Positions 18,721-27,257 of a stretch of 64,000 nt of DNA are shown one piece after another. Source of the DNA: an uncultured Bdellovibrionales bacterium (lineage in GTDB: Bacteria > Patescibacteriota > Minisyncoccia > Moranbacterales > GWC2-37-73). Position 1 is the stretch's first letter. Every line of letters starts with the position of its first letter. Location: positions 54,119 through 118,118 of the forward strand of contig CAZCMV010000001.1 in the NCBI GenBank assembly GCA_964500125.1, written 5' to 3'. Below the pieces are notes generated by a model. The model made no database searches, was not told the origin of the DNA, and saw only the letters and a list, made by a program, of their open reading frames with translations. The translations under genes were made by a program, and so were the position numbers.

Positions 18721-18970
18721 TTTCGAAAAAGAAAGGCGCCCCAAAGAAAAACACTATATATACAAAATGCATCCATGTTCAAGAATTGAACTTTCGAAAA
18801 GAAACGATGTACATATAACCATATATTATATATACATTATGTTCCCATGTTCAAGAATTGAACCTTCGATGAGAAAAGATGTATATATAAACATTCAATA
18901 TATATAAATAGCCACCCCATATATATTTTTTGTTTTTTTCCATGTAAGGGCGCCGAACTTTTTCGAAGGT
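18721..18970. repeat. AT-rich cassette: two ~70-bp direct repeats, each with a TTCAAGAATTGAA palindrome, flanked by ~20-bp imperfect inverted repeats (GGCGCC...CTTTTTCGAA)
   Basis: Direct repeats at 18771-18844 and 18845-18910; left flank tttcgaaaaagaaaggcgcc (18721-18740) and right flank gggcgccgaactttttcgaa (18948-18968) are reverse complements with 3 mismatches. Confidence 0.5.
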
Positions 18971-19099
18971 TTAAAAAAAACGGAATTCATTAAAAGATTT
19001 AAAAGAAAAATAAAAATGCATCTGAAATCTGACAAAATCGCGCGATAAGTGCTACAAGCTAGACAGGATTTGTTTTATGGCTCAAAGAAGCCATTATTC

Positions 19100-19900
19100 A
19101 AACACTAACTGGTGAGCCTGATTAAGAGAGCAATTTTCCGCCAGCCCGCACCCGCAACGAACCGCAGACTTCAGCAAATTCACAAAACCAAACAGAGGCG
19201 CAGTTGAGCATTTTGAGAGTTGCTGTCACGCATTCCAAAAAGAAATTTTCTGAGCAGGTGCCTTGTTTTTCTCTTGGCGACCACGGGAGCACAAGAGCAA
19301 AAAACAAGAGCATCAGCGGAGGGAAATTTCGTCGTGACAGCAACGGTCAAGAAAAAGGAGCGGAAAGATTGTGCTTGGAGGACGATTAAGTCCGACAAGC
19401 TTTCATTATCCGCGACCACCTTTGACACGATTGAGAAGCGAACCACCAGCGTTGATTGCAATGAGAGGGAGAGCGAACGACCGTCCCTGCAGAGCGACCA
19501 CTTCTTTTGAAGTCGTTGCAGTCTCAAGCCCCTCAAGACTGAGGGGTTGGGGGTGTTGAAAGTCCAAGCGAGAAAAGAAAAGAGTGTCTGACAATGCTGC
19601 ATTCTTGCGACATTCCAAGCTGTCAAAAATGACGCCGAGGGAACGCAGAAGGAAATTTTTGAAACAGCTTGTGCCAATGTCGCAAAATGTCACATTGTCA
19701 GAGGGTGAGAAACACCTTCCTTCAGAATGTTAAATCGTCAAAGTGTTTCTCAATCCCCTTGCACCTTTTCTTTTCAACTCCTTGAGGGATTGGAGTTTGA
19801 GGAAAACCGCAGTGGTTTTCTCTCATTTTTAAAGAGTTTTTTCAAAATCTATAAAAATAGTGCGGTGAGAAACATTTTTCTATTCGAAAAGAATTGAAAC
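19100..19900. other. GC-rich (~50%) non-coding island; candidate large structured RNA or decayed foreign DNA
   Basis: No convincing ORF on any frame (overlapping low-complexity ORFs on both strands); perfect hairpins e.g. cccctca-agac-tgagggg (19531-19548); long-range complement tgcgacatt (19606)/aatgtcgca (19677); motif ggtgagaaaca twice (19705, 19867). Confidence 0.3.
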
Positions 19901-19935
19901 TTGCCTGTCTGATTTTTCCGGTAATCCGGAAAATA

Positions 19936-20337
19936 TCAGTCTGGCAAGTTCTCCTCTGTGTATTTATATTTTCGAATAGAAAAATGTTTCTGACCGCTTT
20001 CCTTAATGATTGATTTTGAAAAGACCTCCGCTTTGTATTTAAAGAGTTTGGCGAGAATTAAGACTGCTTTTTCGGAAAAATCTTTGCCGAGCCAACTCCC
20101 TATTTGGAGCCGTAGAAGCACGGAAAGTATCACTAGAAATAAATAAAATACTATGATATTATTGATGTGGACACAACTAAAATACTCATCGAAGACAGAA
20201 AGGGCAACCTTTGCTGCAATCTTCGATGAGAAGTTGTGTCCAAAGCGGGGTTGTCCTTTTTGTTTTGCAAAAAATATGAATCTTCTGGACACAATTTCTT
20301 TATCAAATAGCGGAATGGCCAGCGCAGGCGAGCTCAT
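19936..20337 (-). CDS. hypothetical membrane-associated protein (133 aa)
   Basis: ORF divergent from recombinase 2; one hydrophobic helix. Confidence 0.3.
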   Translation of the reverse strand: MSSPALAIPLFDKEIVSRRFIFFAKQKGQPRFGHNFSSKIAAKVALSVFDEYFSCVHINNIIVFYLFLVILSVLLRLQIGSWLGKDFSEKAVLILAKLFKYKAEVFSKSIIKESGQKHFSIRKYKYTEENLPD

Positions 20338-20399
20338 CTTGTTTTTCGGTGTGATCGCACTAATGATTTTTGACGAAATAATTTCTAAAAATAAATAAT

Positions 20400-21989
20400 A
20401 TGAAATACGTCATTTATGCCCGAAAATCAACCGAGAGCGAAGACCGCCAAGCGCTCTCAATTCAATCTCAAATCTTTGAGATGAAAGAAGTCGCCAAGCG
20501 CGAACATCTTAAAATTGTTGAGGTTCTGGAAGAATCCAAATCCGCCAAACAACCCGGCCGACCGATTTTCAATGATATGATTAAGAAATTCAAAAGCGGA
20601 AAATATGAAGGAATTCTCTGTTGGAAAATAGACCGACTCGCCAGAAATTCACTCGACGCAGGAATGGTGCAATGGCTTTTGGAAAAAGGAACAATCAAGC
20701 AAATAAAAACCTTTGAGCGCGATTATAATCCAAGCGACAACGTCGTGATGGCCAGCATTGAGTTTTCAATGGCCAACCAATATGTCCGCGACCTTTCCAA
20801 GAATGTGAAGCGTGGACAGGCGGAAAAGATTCGTCGTGGCGAATATCCTGCCACTCCCCCAGTCGGATATCTCATCGATTATAAAACCAAGAAAATATAC
20901 ATCGACGAAGATAAATGGCATCACATCAAAAAAGCTTTCCAGCTTTATGCGACTGGAAATTATTCAATTCCAAAACTGGCCGAGAAACTTTCAAAGGAAG
21001 GTTTTCGCTCACGCAATGGCCGACCAGTCCACGGATCCGGAATATACCAAGTTCTCAATAATCCTATTTATTACGGATGGTTTCGTTGGAATGACCAAAT
21101 CTATAAAGGAATTCATGCTCCGATGATTTCCAAGGATTTGTTTGATGCGGTGCAAGAAGTTTTTCATCCAAGAAAGCACACAGTTGAACGCAACGTTCAC
21201 AATTTTGTTTTTCGTGGGCACTTGGTTTGTGGAGAATGTGGATTGAAAATAACTGCAGAAACTCAAAAAGGTCATGTGTATTATCACTGCACAAAATCAA
21301 AAGGCGTGGACAAATGTTCACAGAAATATTTGCGCGAGGAAGATTTGATCACAGAAATCGACAGCCGTTTGGCAAAACTAAAAATTGACGAGGATGTGCT
21401 CGACCTTATGATTGAAGCATCAAGAGAATTGAGCAAGCATGAATGGAACGACATCCGCGAAATAGAAAAGAAACATCAAGCACTTCTGGACAATAATAAA
21501 TTCAGACAGGACTCACTCATTGAAAAGTACATCAGCAATGTCATTCCGGATGAGCACTACAATCGCAAATTGGCAGAGCTTCGCAATGAAGAAGCGGACA
21601 TCGAAGACAATCTGCGAAGCACCAAGGAGAATTTTCACAATGTTTTTGAGAAGATTGAATTGGCTGCGAGATTCGCCAAATTTGCCAAAAAGATCTTTGG
21701 GCGTGGCGATTTAGAAATCAAAAAAGAAGTTGTGGCAATCCTGACTTCGAACATTATCATAAAAGACAAGCAAATAAAGGAATTTCGCCTCGCTGAGCCA
21801 TTCGCCAGCGTGATGAAAGATGTTGAAATCACAAAGGGAAAAGGCAACGGAAAATCCAGTATCGAACTTGGCAGTTTTGCTTTATCTAAAACTAAAACAG
21901 CCCCCAAAAGGGAGGCTGTTTCACTTATGCACGGGGTGAGGGAATCGAACCCCCGCCAAAAGTTTTGGAGACTCTCGTTCTGCCACTAA
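20400..21989 (+). CDS. large serine recombinase, element 2 (paralogue of 6996-8660)
   Basis: YARKSTESEDRQALSIQSQ catalytic motif, CWKIDRLARN, zinc ribbon CGECG...HC; about 45-50% identical to recombinase 1 over the N-terminal 170 aa; 3' end reads through the tRNA-Trp 3' half (…HGVRESNPRQ…). Confidence 0.85.
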   Translation: MKYVIYARKSTESEDRQALSIQSQIFEMKEVAKREHLKIVEVLEESKSAKQPGRPIFNDMIKKFKSGKYEGILCWKIDRLARNSLDAGMVQWLLEKGTIKQIKTFERDYNPSDNVVMASIEFSMANQYVRDLSKNVKRGQAEKIRRGEYPATPPVGYLIDYKTKKIYIDEDKWHHIKKAFQLYATGNYSIPKLAEKLSKEGFRSRNGRPVHGSGIYQVLNNPIYYGWFRWNDQIYKGIHAPMISKDLFDAVQEVFHPRKHTVERNVHNFVFRGHLVCGECGLKITAETQKGHVYYHCTKSKGVDKCSQKYLREEDLITEIDSRLAKLKIDEDVLDLMIEASRELSKHEWNDIREIEKKHQALLDNNKFRQDSLIEKYISNVIPDEHYNRKLAELRNEEADIEDNLRSTKENFHNVFEKIELAARFAKFAKKIFGRGDLEIKKEVVAILTSNIIIKDKQIKEFRLAEPFASVMKDVEITKGKGNGKSSIELGSFALSKTKTAPKREAVSLMHGVRESNPRQKFWRLSFCH

Positions 21990-22000
21990 ACTAACCCCGC
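21930..22000 (-). tRNA. tRNA-Trp(CCA)
   Basis: Reverse complement folds as cloverleaf: acceptor GCGGGGT/ACCCCGT (G1-U72), anticodon stem AGAGT/ACTTT with loop CUCCAAA, T-arm GGGGG-TTCGATT-CCCTC, discriminator G. Confidence 0.75.
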
Positions 22001-22166
22001 ATACCCACGCTACGCGTGGAATTTCTAATTTTGAATTTCCAATTCCCAACAAAATTTTAAATCCAAATGACAAAAATTGAAAAAATCATGCATTTGAAAT
22101 TTGAAAATTATTTAGAAATTAGATATTAGAAATTTGAAATTTCATGACGCCATGAGCATCATGATG

Positions 22167-22331
22167 TTATTTCATTTCCTTATGCAGCGTGTGCTTGCGG
22201 CACTTGTTGCAGAATTTGTTCACCTCAAGCTTCTCTTTGATCTTCTTCTTATTGCGTGAAGTGTAATAGTTTATCTCCTTGCATTCACTACAACGGAGCT
22301 TCACCATATTTTCTTTAGTCTTTGTAGCCAT
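22167..22331 (-). CDS. rpmG: 50S ribosomal protein L33
   Basis: Translates to [54 protein letters not shown] (54 aa) with the CxxC...CxxC L33 zinc-ribbon pattern; below the ORF-track length cutoff. Confidence 0.8.
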   Translation of the reverse strand: MATKTKENMVKLRCSECKEINYYTSRNKKKIKEKLEVNKFCNKCRKHTLHKEMK

Positions 22332-22449
22332 ATAATTAGCTAGGCATTAGCTATTTAGCTTTTTGGGGAGCTAACAGCAAAAACCGTATATATTAACGCA
22401 GAATTATTTCCTATACATGGTGCCGACTGGCAACTGTCGACAAACCTAG

Positions 22450-22522
22450 AGCCGTTGTGCGGGATCGAACCGCAGACCTCATCCTTACCATGGATGCGCT
22501 CTACCAACTGAGCTACAACGGC
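22450..22522 (-). tRNA. tRNA-Thr(GGT)
   Basis: GCCGTTG...CAACGGC acceptor, D-arm GCTCAGTTGGTAGAGC, anticodon loop AUGGUAA, T-arm TGCGG-TTCGATC-CCGCA. Confidence 0.85.
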
Positions 22523-22866
22523 ATATTTTCTTTTTTTAGATAATTACTCAGTTGTTTTTTCAAAAATCTCCTACCGGACCCTGATTTAAGAAATTTTTCC
22601 CTTCCAAGAGCATCTTTTTTGACCAAATATAATTCCGCATAAATCAATCGCCAACTACCCTTTAGTTTATGCGTATATGTACTCTTCCCGTGATTATGAT
22701 CTTGTATTCTCTTTTTGAGATCTGTCGTAAAACCTATGTACCATGAAAAATTCAACTGATTCTCGATCACATATACAACGTAATATTCTTGGCCGTGCCG
22801 CGTAATCATGAGCGGTCCTTTAAAAATACGTAGTCCCCGTAAAATAATTTGATTACAAATTATCAC
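22513..22866 (-). CDS. GIY-YIG nuclease family protein (YhbQ/UPF0213-like)
   Basis: YYVVYVIENQLNFSWYIGFTTDLKKRIQDHNHG is the GIY-YIG core; true start probably the internal Met (MITRHG...); stop lies inside the first 10 nt of tRNA-Thr. Confidence 0.65.
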   Translation of the reverse strand: MIICNQIILRGLRIFKGPLMITRHGQEYYVVYVIENQLNFSWYIGFTTDLKKRIQDHNHGKSTYTHKLKGSWRLIYAELYLVKKDALGREKFLKSGSGRRFLKKQLSNYLKKENMPL

Positions 22867-22908
22867 GGGGCGCTTAAATCATTCGCCAAAGCTCATGATT
22901 TTACGCGG

Positions 22909-22991
22909 TGGGCAGTGAGGGATTCGAACCCCCGAAGACCGAAGTCGGCTGATTTACAGTCAGCTGCGATTGACCACTCCGCCAACTACCC
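22909..22991 (-). tRNA. tRNA-Tyr(GTA)
   Basis: Class II tRNA: acceptor GGGTAGT/ACTGCCC, anticodon loop CUGUAAA, long variable arm GACTTCGGTCTTCG, T-arm GGGGG-TTCGAAT-CCCTC. Confidence 0.8.
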
Positions 22992-23079
22992 ATTAAACAA
23001 GTATCAAGTATTGGGTAGAATGTATAAAGTATTTCCATACATCATACATACTACATTATACATAATACCACTCCTATTG

Positions 23080-23152
23080 AGCCACCTGTCGGACTCGAAC
23101 CGACGACCCACTGTTTACAAAACAGTTGCTCTACCAACTGAGCTAAGGTGGC
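23080..23152 (-). tRNA. tRNA-Thr(TGT)
   Basis: GCCACCT...AGGTGGC acceptor, anticodon stem ACTGT/ACAGT with loop UUUGUAA, T-arm GTCGG-TTCGAGT-CCGAC. Confidence 0.85.
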
Positions 23153-23158
23153 GCTCGC

Positions 23159-23839
23159 CTATCTTTTCGTCAATAGTCTTTCCAATTTGCGTATTTTCAA
23201 TTTCACTTTATAATGCGCCGGGCTCAGCTTCAGCACTTGTCTATAACATTCCAGCGCATCCTTGGCATTTTCCTGATCAGAATAATAATCACCTAATCGC
23301 TCATAAGCCTCAATATCGCGTGGATTCATAGCAATTCTTTTTATTAAAACATCCTCCATTTTTTCCTTTGTTTGCTGCTGTTCGTTTTCGAATTTTTTTT
23401 GAGGCATTGTTGCTTCTCTGCGAACCATTGGGGCAACTTTATTCATCTTTGATTTTCTGGCAAAAACAACTTCATTATCTTCCAATTTCGTATTTTCTGC
23501 ATTTTCAACTTTTTCTGCTCTTTTAAAGTGTTCACTTGGCACTTTTTCAGCTTTAGCAGCTTCACGTTTAGCCCTTATTGAACGCACCCAATCATTGCTA
23601 ATATTATGAAAACGCAATGATAATAATTTCACTCTACGCATCAACCATTCTGCTATTGCCAAGAAAAAACGACCGATAGCCGAAAAAACAGCCATAACCT
23701 TACCTCCATAAAAGCCTTTGGCTCCAGAGTTTGTATTTACAATTCCTTGCTCAAGCAAAGACACCTTACGAAAAAGATACCAGGTCAACAAGGAAAGGCT
23801 TAGCACTATTATTATTGGTGGTACTATATAATATAACAT
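23159..23839 (-). CDS. membrane-anchored TPR-like protein (226 aa)
   Basis: N-terminal TM helix; C-terminal NPRDIEAYERLGDYYSDQENAKDALECYRQVLKLSP looks like a TPR repeat. Confidence 0.4.
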   Translation of the reverse strand: MLYYIVPPIIIVLSLSLLTWYLFRKVSLLEQGIVNTNSGAKGFYGGKVMAVFSAIGRFFLAIAEWLMRRVKLLSLRFHNISNDWVRSIRAKREAAKAEKVPSEHFKRAEKVENAENTKLEDNEVVFARKSKMNKVAPMVRREATMPQKKFENEQQQTKEKMEDVLIKRIAMNPRDIEAYERLGDYYSDQENAKDALECYRQVLKLSPAHYKVKLKIRKLERLLTKR

Positions 23840-23878
23840 GTTTACAAAAAATTTTTGTTGCTAGAATTTGCTATCTTG

Positions 23879-24655
23879 TTACTTTACATCACATTTTGGA
23901 AAAACCGTATATTTACCATCTTCCAATCTCACCTTTATCTCTTGCGTAATTGCATTTATCTCTATAACCTCCCCTTTTCCATCAGGTGTTTGCACTTCCG
24001 AATGAATCTCCGGCATGCCCTGAAGCATTTCCTTATATTGACAAGACTCGTAGGAGAGACAACACATAAGTCTGCCGCAAAAACCTGAGATTCGTTCACT
24101 GCCACGATGTGCGACTTGTTGTATTCTAGCCATGTCGATTGAAATACTTGGCAAATTACCAGCTAAGCGCAAACAACATAGGTCTCTGCCACAAACTCCA
24201 CATCCACCACATTTCCTTGATTCATCTCGTGAACCAATTTGGTGCATCCGCACACTACGATGGAAAATACGTGCCAAATTCTTCACCAACTCGCGAAAAT
24301 CAACTCGTTCTTCAGCAGTAAATATAATGATCATATTACTGCCATCCATACTTACGCGTGCATCAATAACTTTCATTTGAAGTTCAAGTCTCTTTGCTTC
24401 AACTCGAGAAAGCTGCAACACTTCTTTTTTCTTTTCTTCATTCTTTTCAAAGTTCTCTTTTTCCTTTTCTGATGCAGCACGAAGAATTTGCTCCGTACAT
24501 TCTTCGGATGTCTCAATCGGTCCGCCAATTATTTGACCTATCTCCAAAGAATCATCATCGCGAACGATAACCATTTCTCCTTTTACAAAACCATCTTCAC
24601 CCTCACAAAGCCAGGGGCTTTCCCAATTATATACACTTACTGAATATTTTGCCAT
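23879..24655 (-). CDS. PSP1 C-terminal domain protein (YaaT/RicT-like)
   Basis: Cys cluster CGGCGVCGRDLCCL and CGRLMCCLSYE typical of YaaT/PSP1 family. Confidence 0.65.
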   Translation of the reverse strand: MAKYSVSVYNWESPWLCEGEDGFVKGEMVIVRDDDSLEIGQIIGGPIETSEECTEQILRAASEKEKENFEKNEEKKKEVLQLSRVEAKRLELQMKVIDARVSMDGSNMIIIFTAEERVDFRELVKNLARIFHRSVRMHQIGSRDESRKCGGCGVCGRDLCCLRLAGNLPSISIDMARIQQVAHRGSERISGFCGRLMCCLSYESCQYKEMLQGMPEIHSEVQTPDGKGEVIEINAITQEIKVRLEDGKYTVFPKCDVK

Positions 24656-24678
24656 AGCATTTCGCTCAACGTGCCTTA

Positions 24679-25275
24679 TTACAATTCAAAACGAACAAAA
24701 GAACCTATTTGAATATTCTCGCCAATCTTACTTATCTTTTCAGTCAGCAATTGTTCAATCGTCATTGATGGATCCTTGACGAACGCTTGCGTAAGCAATG
24801 CCGCATCCTCGCGGAATTTTTTCTCTTTTCCTTCCATTATTTTAGCAATCATTTCTTTCGGCTTCCCTTCTTGTTCTAATTGTTTTGCCCAAATTTCTTT
24901 TTCCTTCTCAACCACTTCAACAGAAATTTCTTCCGGCTTAATAACCGTTGGACTCATAGCGGTCACATGCATTGCAATATCCCGAGCCAGAGCCTGAAAT
25001 TCCTCATTGCGCGCGACAAAATCAGTTTCGCAGAAAAGCTTCACTAACGCACCAACTCTGCTATTGGAATGAATATAGGATACAACCACACCTTCTCTGG
25101 TTTCACGATCAGCACGCTTCAGTGCCTTTCCATGACCTTGCTCGCGCAAGATCCGAATGGCTTTTTCTTCATCACCACCAGCTTCATCGAGAGCTTTCTT
25201 GATATTCACCACTCCCGCACCTGTTTTTTCACGTATTTTTTTGATAAGATCTAACATATTTATAGCAATTTCCAA
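24679..25275 (-). CDS. tsf: elongation factor Ts (short form)
   Basis: LIKKIREKTGAGVVNIKKALDEAGGDEEKAIRILREQG UBA-like N-domain; directly downstream of rpsB. Confidence 0.85.
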   Translation of the reverse strand: MEIAINMLDLIKKIREKTGAGVVNIKKALDEAGGDEEKAIRILREQGHGKALKRADRETREGVVVSYIHSNSRVGALVKLFCETDFVARNEEFQALARDIAMHVTAMSPTVIKPEEISVEVVEKEKEIWAKQLEQEGKPKEMIAKIMEGKEKKFREDAALLTQAFVKDPSMTIEQLLTEKISKIGENIQIGSFVRFEL

Positions 25276-25374
25276 TGTTCAATTAACAATGATCAATAAA
25301 TTTTCAATGAATAAATTAAAAAATTTAAAAATTGAGCCTTAATTGAAAATTGATAATTAATAATTGATAATTTT

Positions 25375-26142
25375 TTATTTTAATGCTTTACAAGCATAGC
25401 TCATAATCGCACGCAAAGATGAAACCGCATCATCATTGGCCGGAATAACATAATCGATTCCGGAAGGATCAACATTGGTATCCGCAATAGCCACTATCGG
25501 CACACCAACTTTCTGAGCTTCCTTAATTGCCAAATTATCTTCTTTGATACTCATGACAAATATAGCAGCAGGTAATTCAATCATGTGTTTAATTCCGCCC
25601 ATACGCTTTTCCATCTTTTCAAGCTCTTCAATCTTTTTCATCTGTTCAAACTTGGTGTATTTTTTGAATTCACCTCTGGCAAATTTGTCCTGTGAGTCCA
25701 CCAAATATCTCGCACGCTGACGAATTATCTTAAAGTTAGTAAATGTTCCTCCTAGCCATCTTTCCGTCACAAAAGGCATATTAGAGAATTCAGCAACGTT
25801 GCGAGCCAAATCACGAGCCTGGGTTTTTGTCCCCACAAAAAGAATCTTCTTGCCCGATTTTTTAATTTCTGCCAAAAAATCCATTGTTTCGCTCAACTTT
25901 TCTGCAGTTTTTTGTAAATCAATTATGTTAATACCCTTACGAGTTGTAAAAATATACTGGTCCATTTTTGGATTCCTACGAGCTTTTTGATGGCCAAAAT
26001 GAACTCCATTTTTAAGAAGATTTTCCAATGTTAGTTCCAATTTGTCCAAATCAATACTAGCGAAATAGTTTTCCGCCTCTTCTGTCTTTTTAGAAGCTAT
26101 TGCTTCAGGCGCAGATACTGCCATGTCTTTTTTCATTGTCAT
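25375..26142 (-). CDS. rpsB: 30S ribosomal protein S2
   Basis: GVHFGHQKARRNPKMDQYIFTTRKGINIIDLQKT and VGTKTQARD conserved S2 blocks. Confidence 0.9.
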   Translation of the reverse strand: MTMKKDMAVSAPEAIASKKTEEAENYFASIDLDKLELTLENLLKNGVHFGHQKARRNPKMDQYIFTTRKGINIIDLQKTAEKLSETMDFLAEIKKSGKKILFVGTKTQARDLARNVAEFSNMPFVTERWLGGTFTNFKIIRQRARYLVDSQDKFARGEFKKYTKFEQMKKIEELEKMEKRMGGIKHMIELPAAIFVMSIKEDNLAIKEAQKVGVPIVAIADTNVDPSGIDYVIPANDDAVSSLRAIMSYACKALK

Positions 26143-26520
26143 TACTTTTATTCCTTAATGTGTTACTTACTCGCCATTTGGCAAGCTGTCTGAAAAATCA
26201 GACCGTAAAACCTCCTACCCAAGCCATTTTTGGCCACATTCCCCCAATGAGGGACAGGATTGACCAGGTCTTGGATATAATGGATCGCGCTCCGGATCTA
26301 TCCGTCCAGCACGTATATGGCTCAGTATAGCGAAAGACTGAGCACTTGTCAATTTTCCTTCTATATGCTACATTATCCAAGCGCTATCAAATCATTATAA
26401 ATGAAATTCGAGTCATTCGAGTGCTTATTAGAAAATTAGCGTCACCATTTGTGCAAATTCAGCAATAGTGACCCTAATGCTCTAGTTTTCACACTAATAA
26501 CTCAAATAGATGACTATTTT

Positions 26521-26790
26521 ATGAAAAAAAATATCCATCCCGAATACCATGAAGACGCTAAAGTTATCTGCTCTTGTGGAGCAATTCTGGAAACCGGGTC
26601 AACCCTAAAAGAAACGCATGTGGAAATCTGTTCCCAGTGCCACCCTTTCTATACTGGCAAGAAAAAAGTTATTGATACTACCGGACGCGTTGATCGTTTC
26701 AAAAAACTTGCCCAAAAAGCTGCAGCAGCTAAAAAAACAACTAAATCAAAGAAGGAAAAGCTTGCAAAGAAAACTGAAAAGAAGAAATAG
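26521..26790 (+). CDS. rpmE: 50S ribosomal protein L31
   Basis: [11 protein letters not shown]...CSCG...[24 protein letters not shown]; start taken at internal ATG 26521 rather than the ORF-track start. Confidence 0.85.
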   Translation: MKKNIHPEYHEDAKVICSCGAILETGSTLKETHVEICSQCHPFYTGKKKVIDTTGRVDRFKKLAQKAAAAKKTTKSKKEKLAKKTEKKK

Positions 26791-26804
26791 TTTATCAATA
26801 TCAC

Positions 26805-26835
26805 AAAACCCCGCTCAAAGCGGGGTTTTGTTTTG
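26805..26835. terminator. bidirectional intrinsic terminator between rpmE and mscL
   Basis: aaaaccccgc-tcaaa-gcggggtttt hairpin flanked by A-run and T-run. Confidence 0.55.
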
Positions 26836-26841
26836 TAAAAT

Positions 26842-27225
26842 TTATTTTTTGAGCAAATCTCGAATTTCACGTAGCAGCAAAATTTCCTCTGTCGGTTTTG
26901 CCATTTCTTTTTCTTCTTGTTTTTTAAGTTTTTCCAATTGTTTAATTACTACAAAAATCGAAAAGGCGATAATCAAAAAATCAATCACTGAATTGATAAA
27001 TAAACCATAGTTGATCGTAACCGCCGGGATATTACCAGAAGCTTTTTTGAGCGTAATGGCCAAATTCGAAAAATCAACACCACCTGTAAGCAAGCCAATT
27101 GGTGGCATAATGATGTCGGAAACAAAAGAACTTACAATTTTACCAAAGGCACCACCAATAACAACACCGACCGCTAAATCAACAACATTGCCTTTCATGG
27201 CAAATTTTTTAAATTCTTTAATCAT
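26842..27225 (-). CDS. mscL: large-conductance mechanosensitive channel
   Basis: [44 protein letters not shown] is the MscL TM1 signature. Confidence 0.85.
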   Translation of the reverse strand: MIKEFKKFAMKGNVVDLAVGVVIGGAFGKIVSSFVSDIIMPPIGLLTGGVDFSNLAITLKKASGNIPAVTINYGLFINSVIDFLIIAFSIFVVIKQLEKLKKQEEKEMAKPTEEILLLREIRDLLKK

Positions 27226-27257
27226 ATCATTAACCTACTTCCACATATTACTTAAAA

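Larger units (their letters stand above)
8569..21929. mobile_element. integrative element 2 (~13.4 kb) inserted at the 3' end of tRNA-Trp, carrying the defence operon; boundaries approximate
   Basis: Bounded on the right by tRNA-Trp 3' end overlapped by the recombinase 2 stop region and on the left by a 14-nt copy (cac-tatgcacgggg at 8555-8568) of the tRNA 3' end plus flank; GC-rich non-coding islands; recombinase at the end. Confidence 0.45.

Noticed and set aside
18771-18910. Possible CRISPR array
   Set aside because: Only two repeat units of ~70 bp that are directly adjacent with AT-rich tails rather than unique spacers; no cas genes in the window; the repeat is too long and too imperfect for CRISPR.
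19122-19693. ORFs of 61-165 aa on both strands in the GC-rich island
   Set aside because: Mutually overlapping, with low-complexity R/S/L/C-rich composition, no start context and no family resemblance. The region is better explained as non-coding (structured RNA or decayed DNA).
22849-23331. 160-aa plus-strand ORF
   Set aside because: Spans three tRNA genes on the opposite strand; an artefact of the GC-rich tRNA sequences lacking stops.
26449-26520. Upstream extension of rpmE (ORF-track start MCKFSNSD…)
   Set aside because: L31 orthologues begin at MKKNIHPEY. The extension lies in the rpsB-divergent leader without an RBS, so the internal ATG 26521 was preferred.
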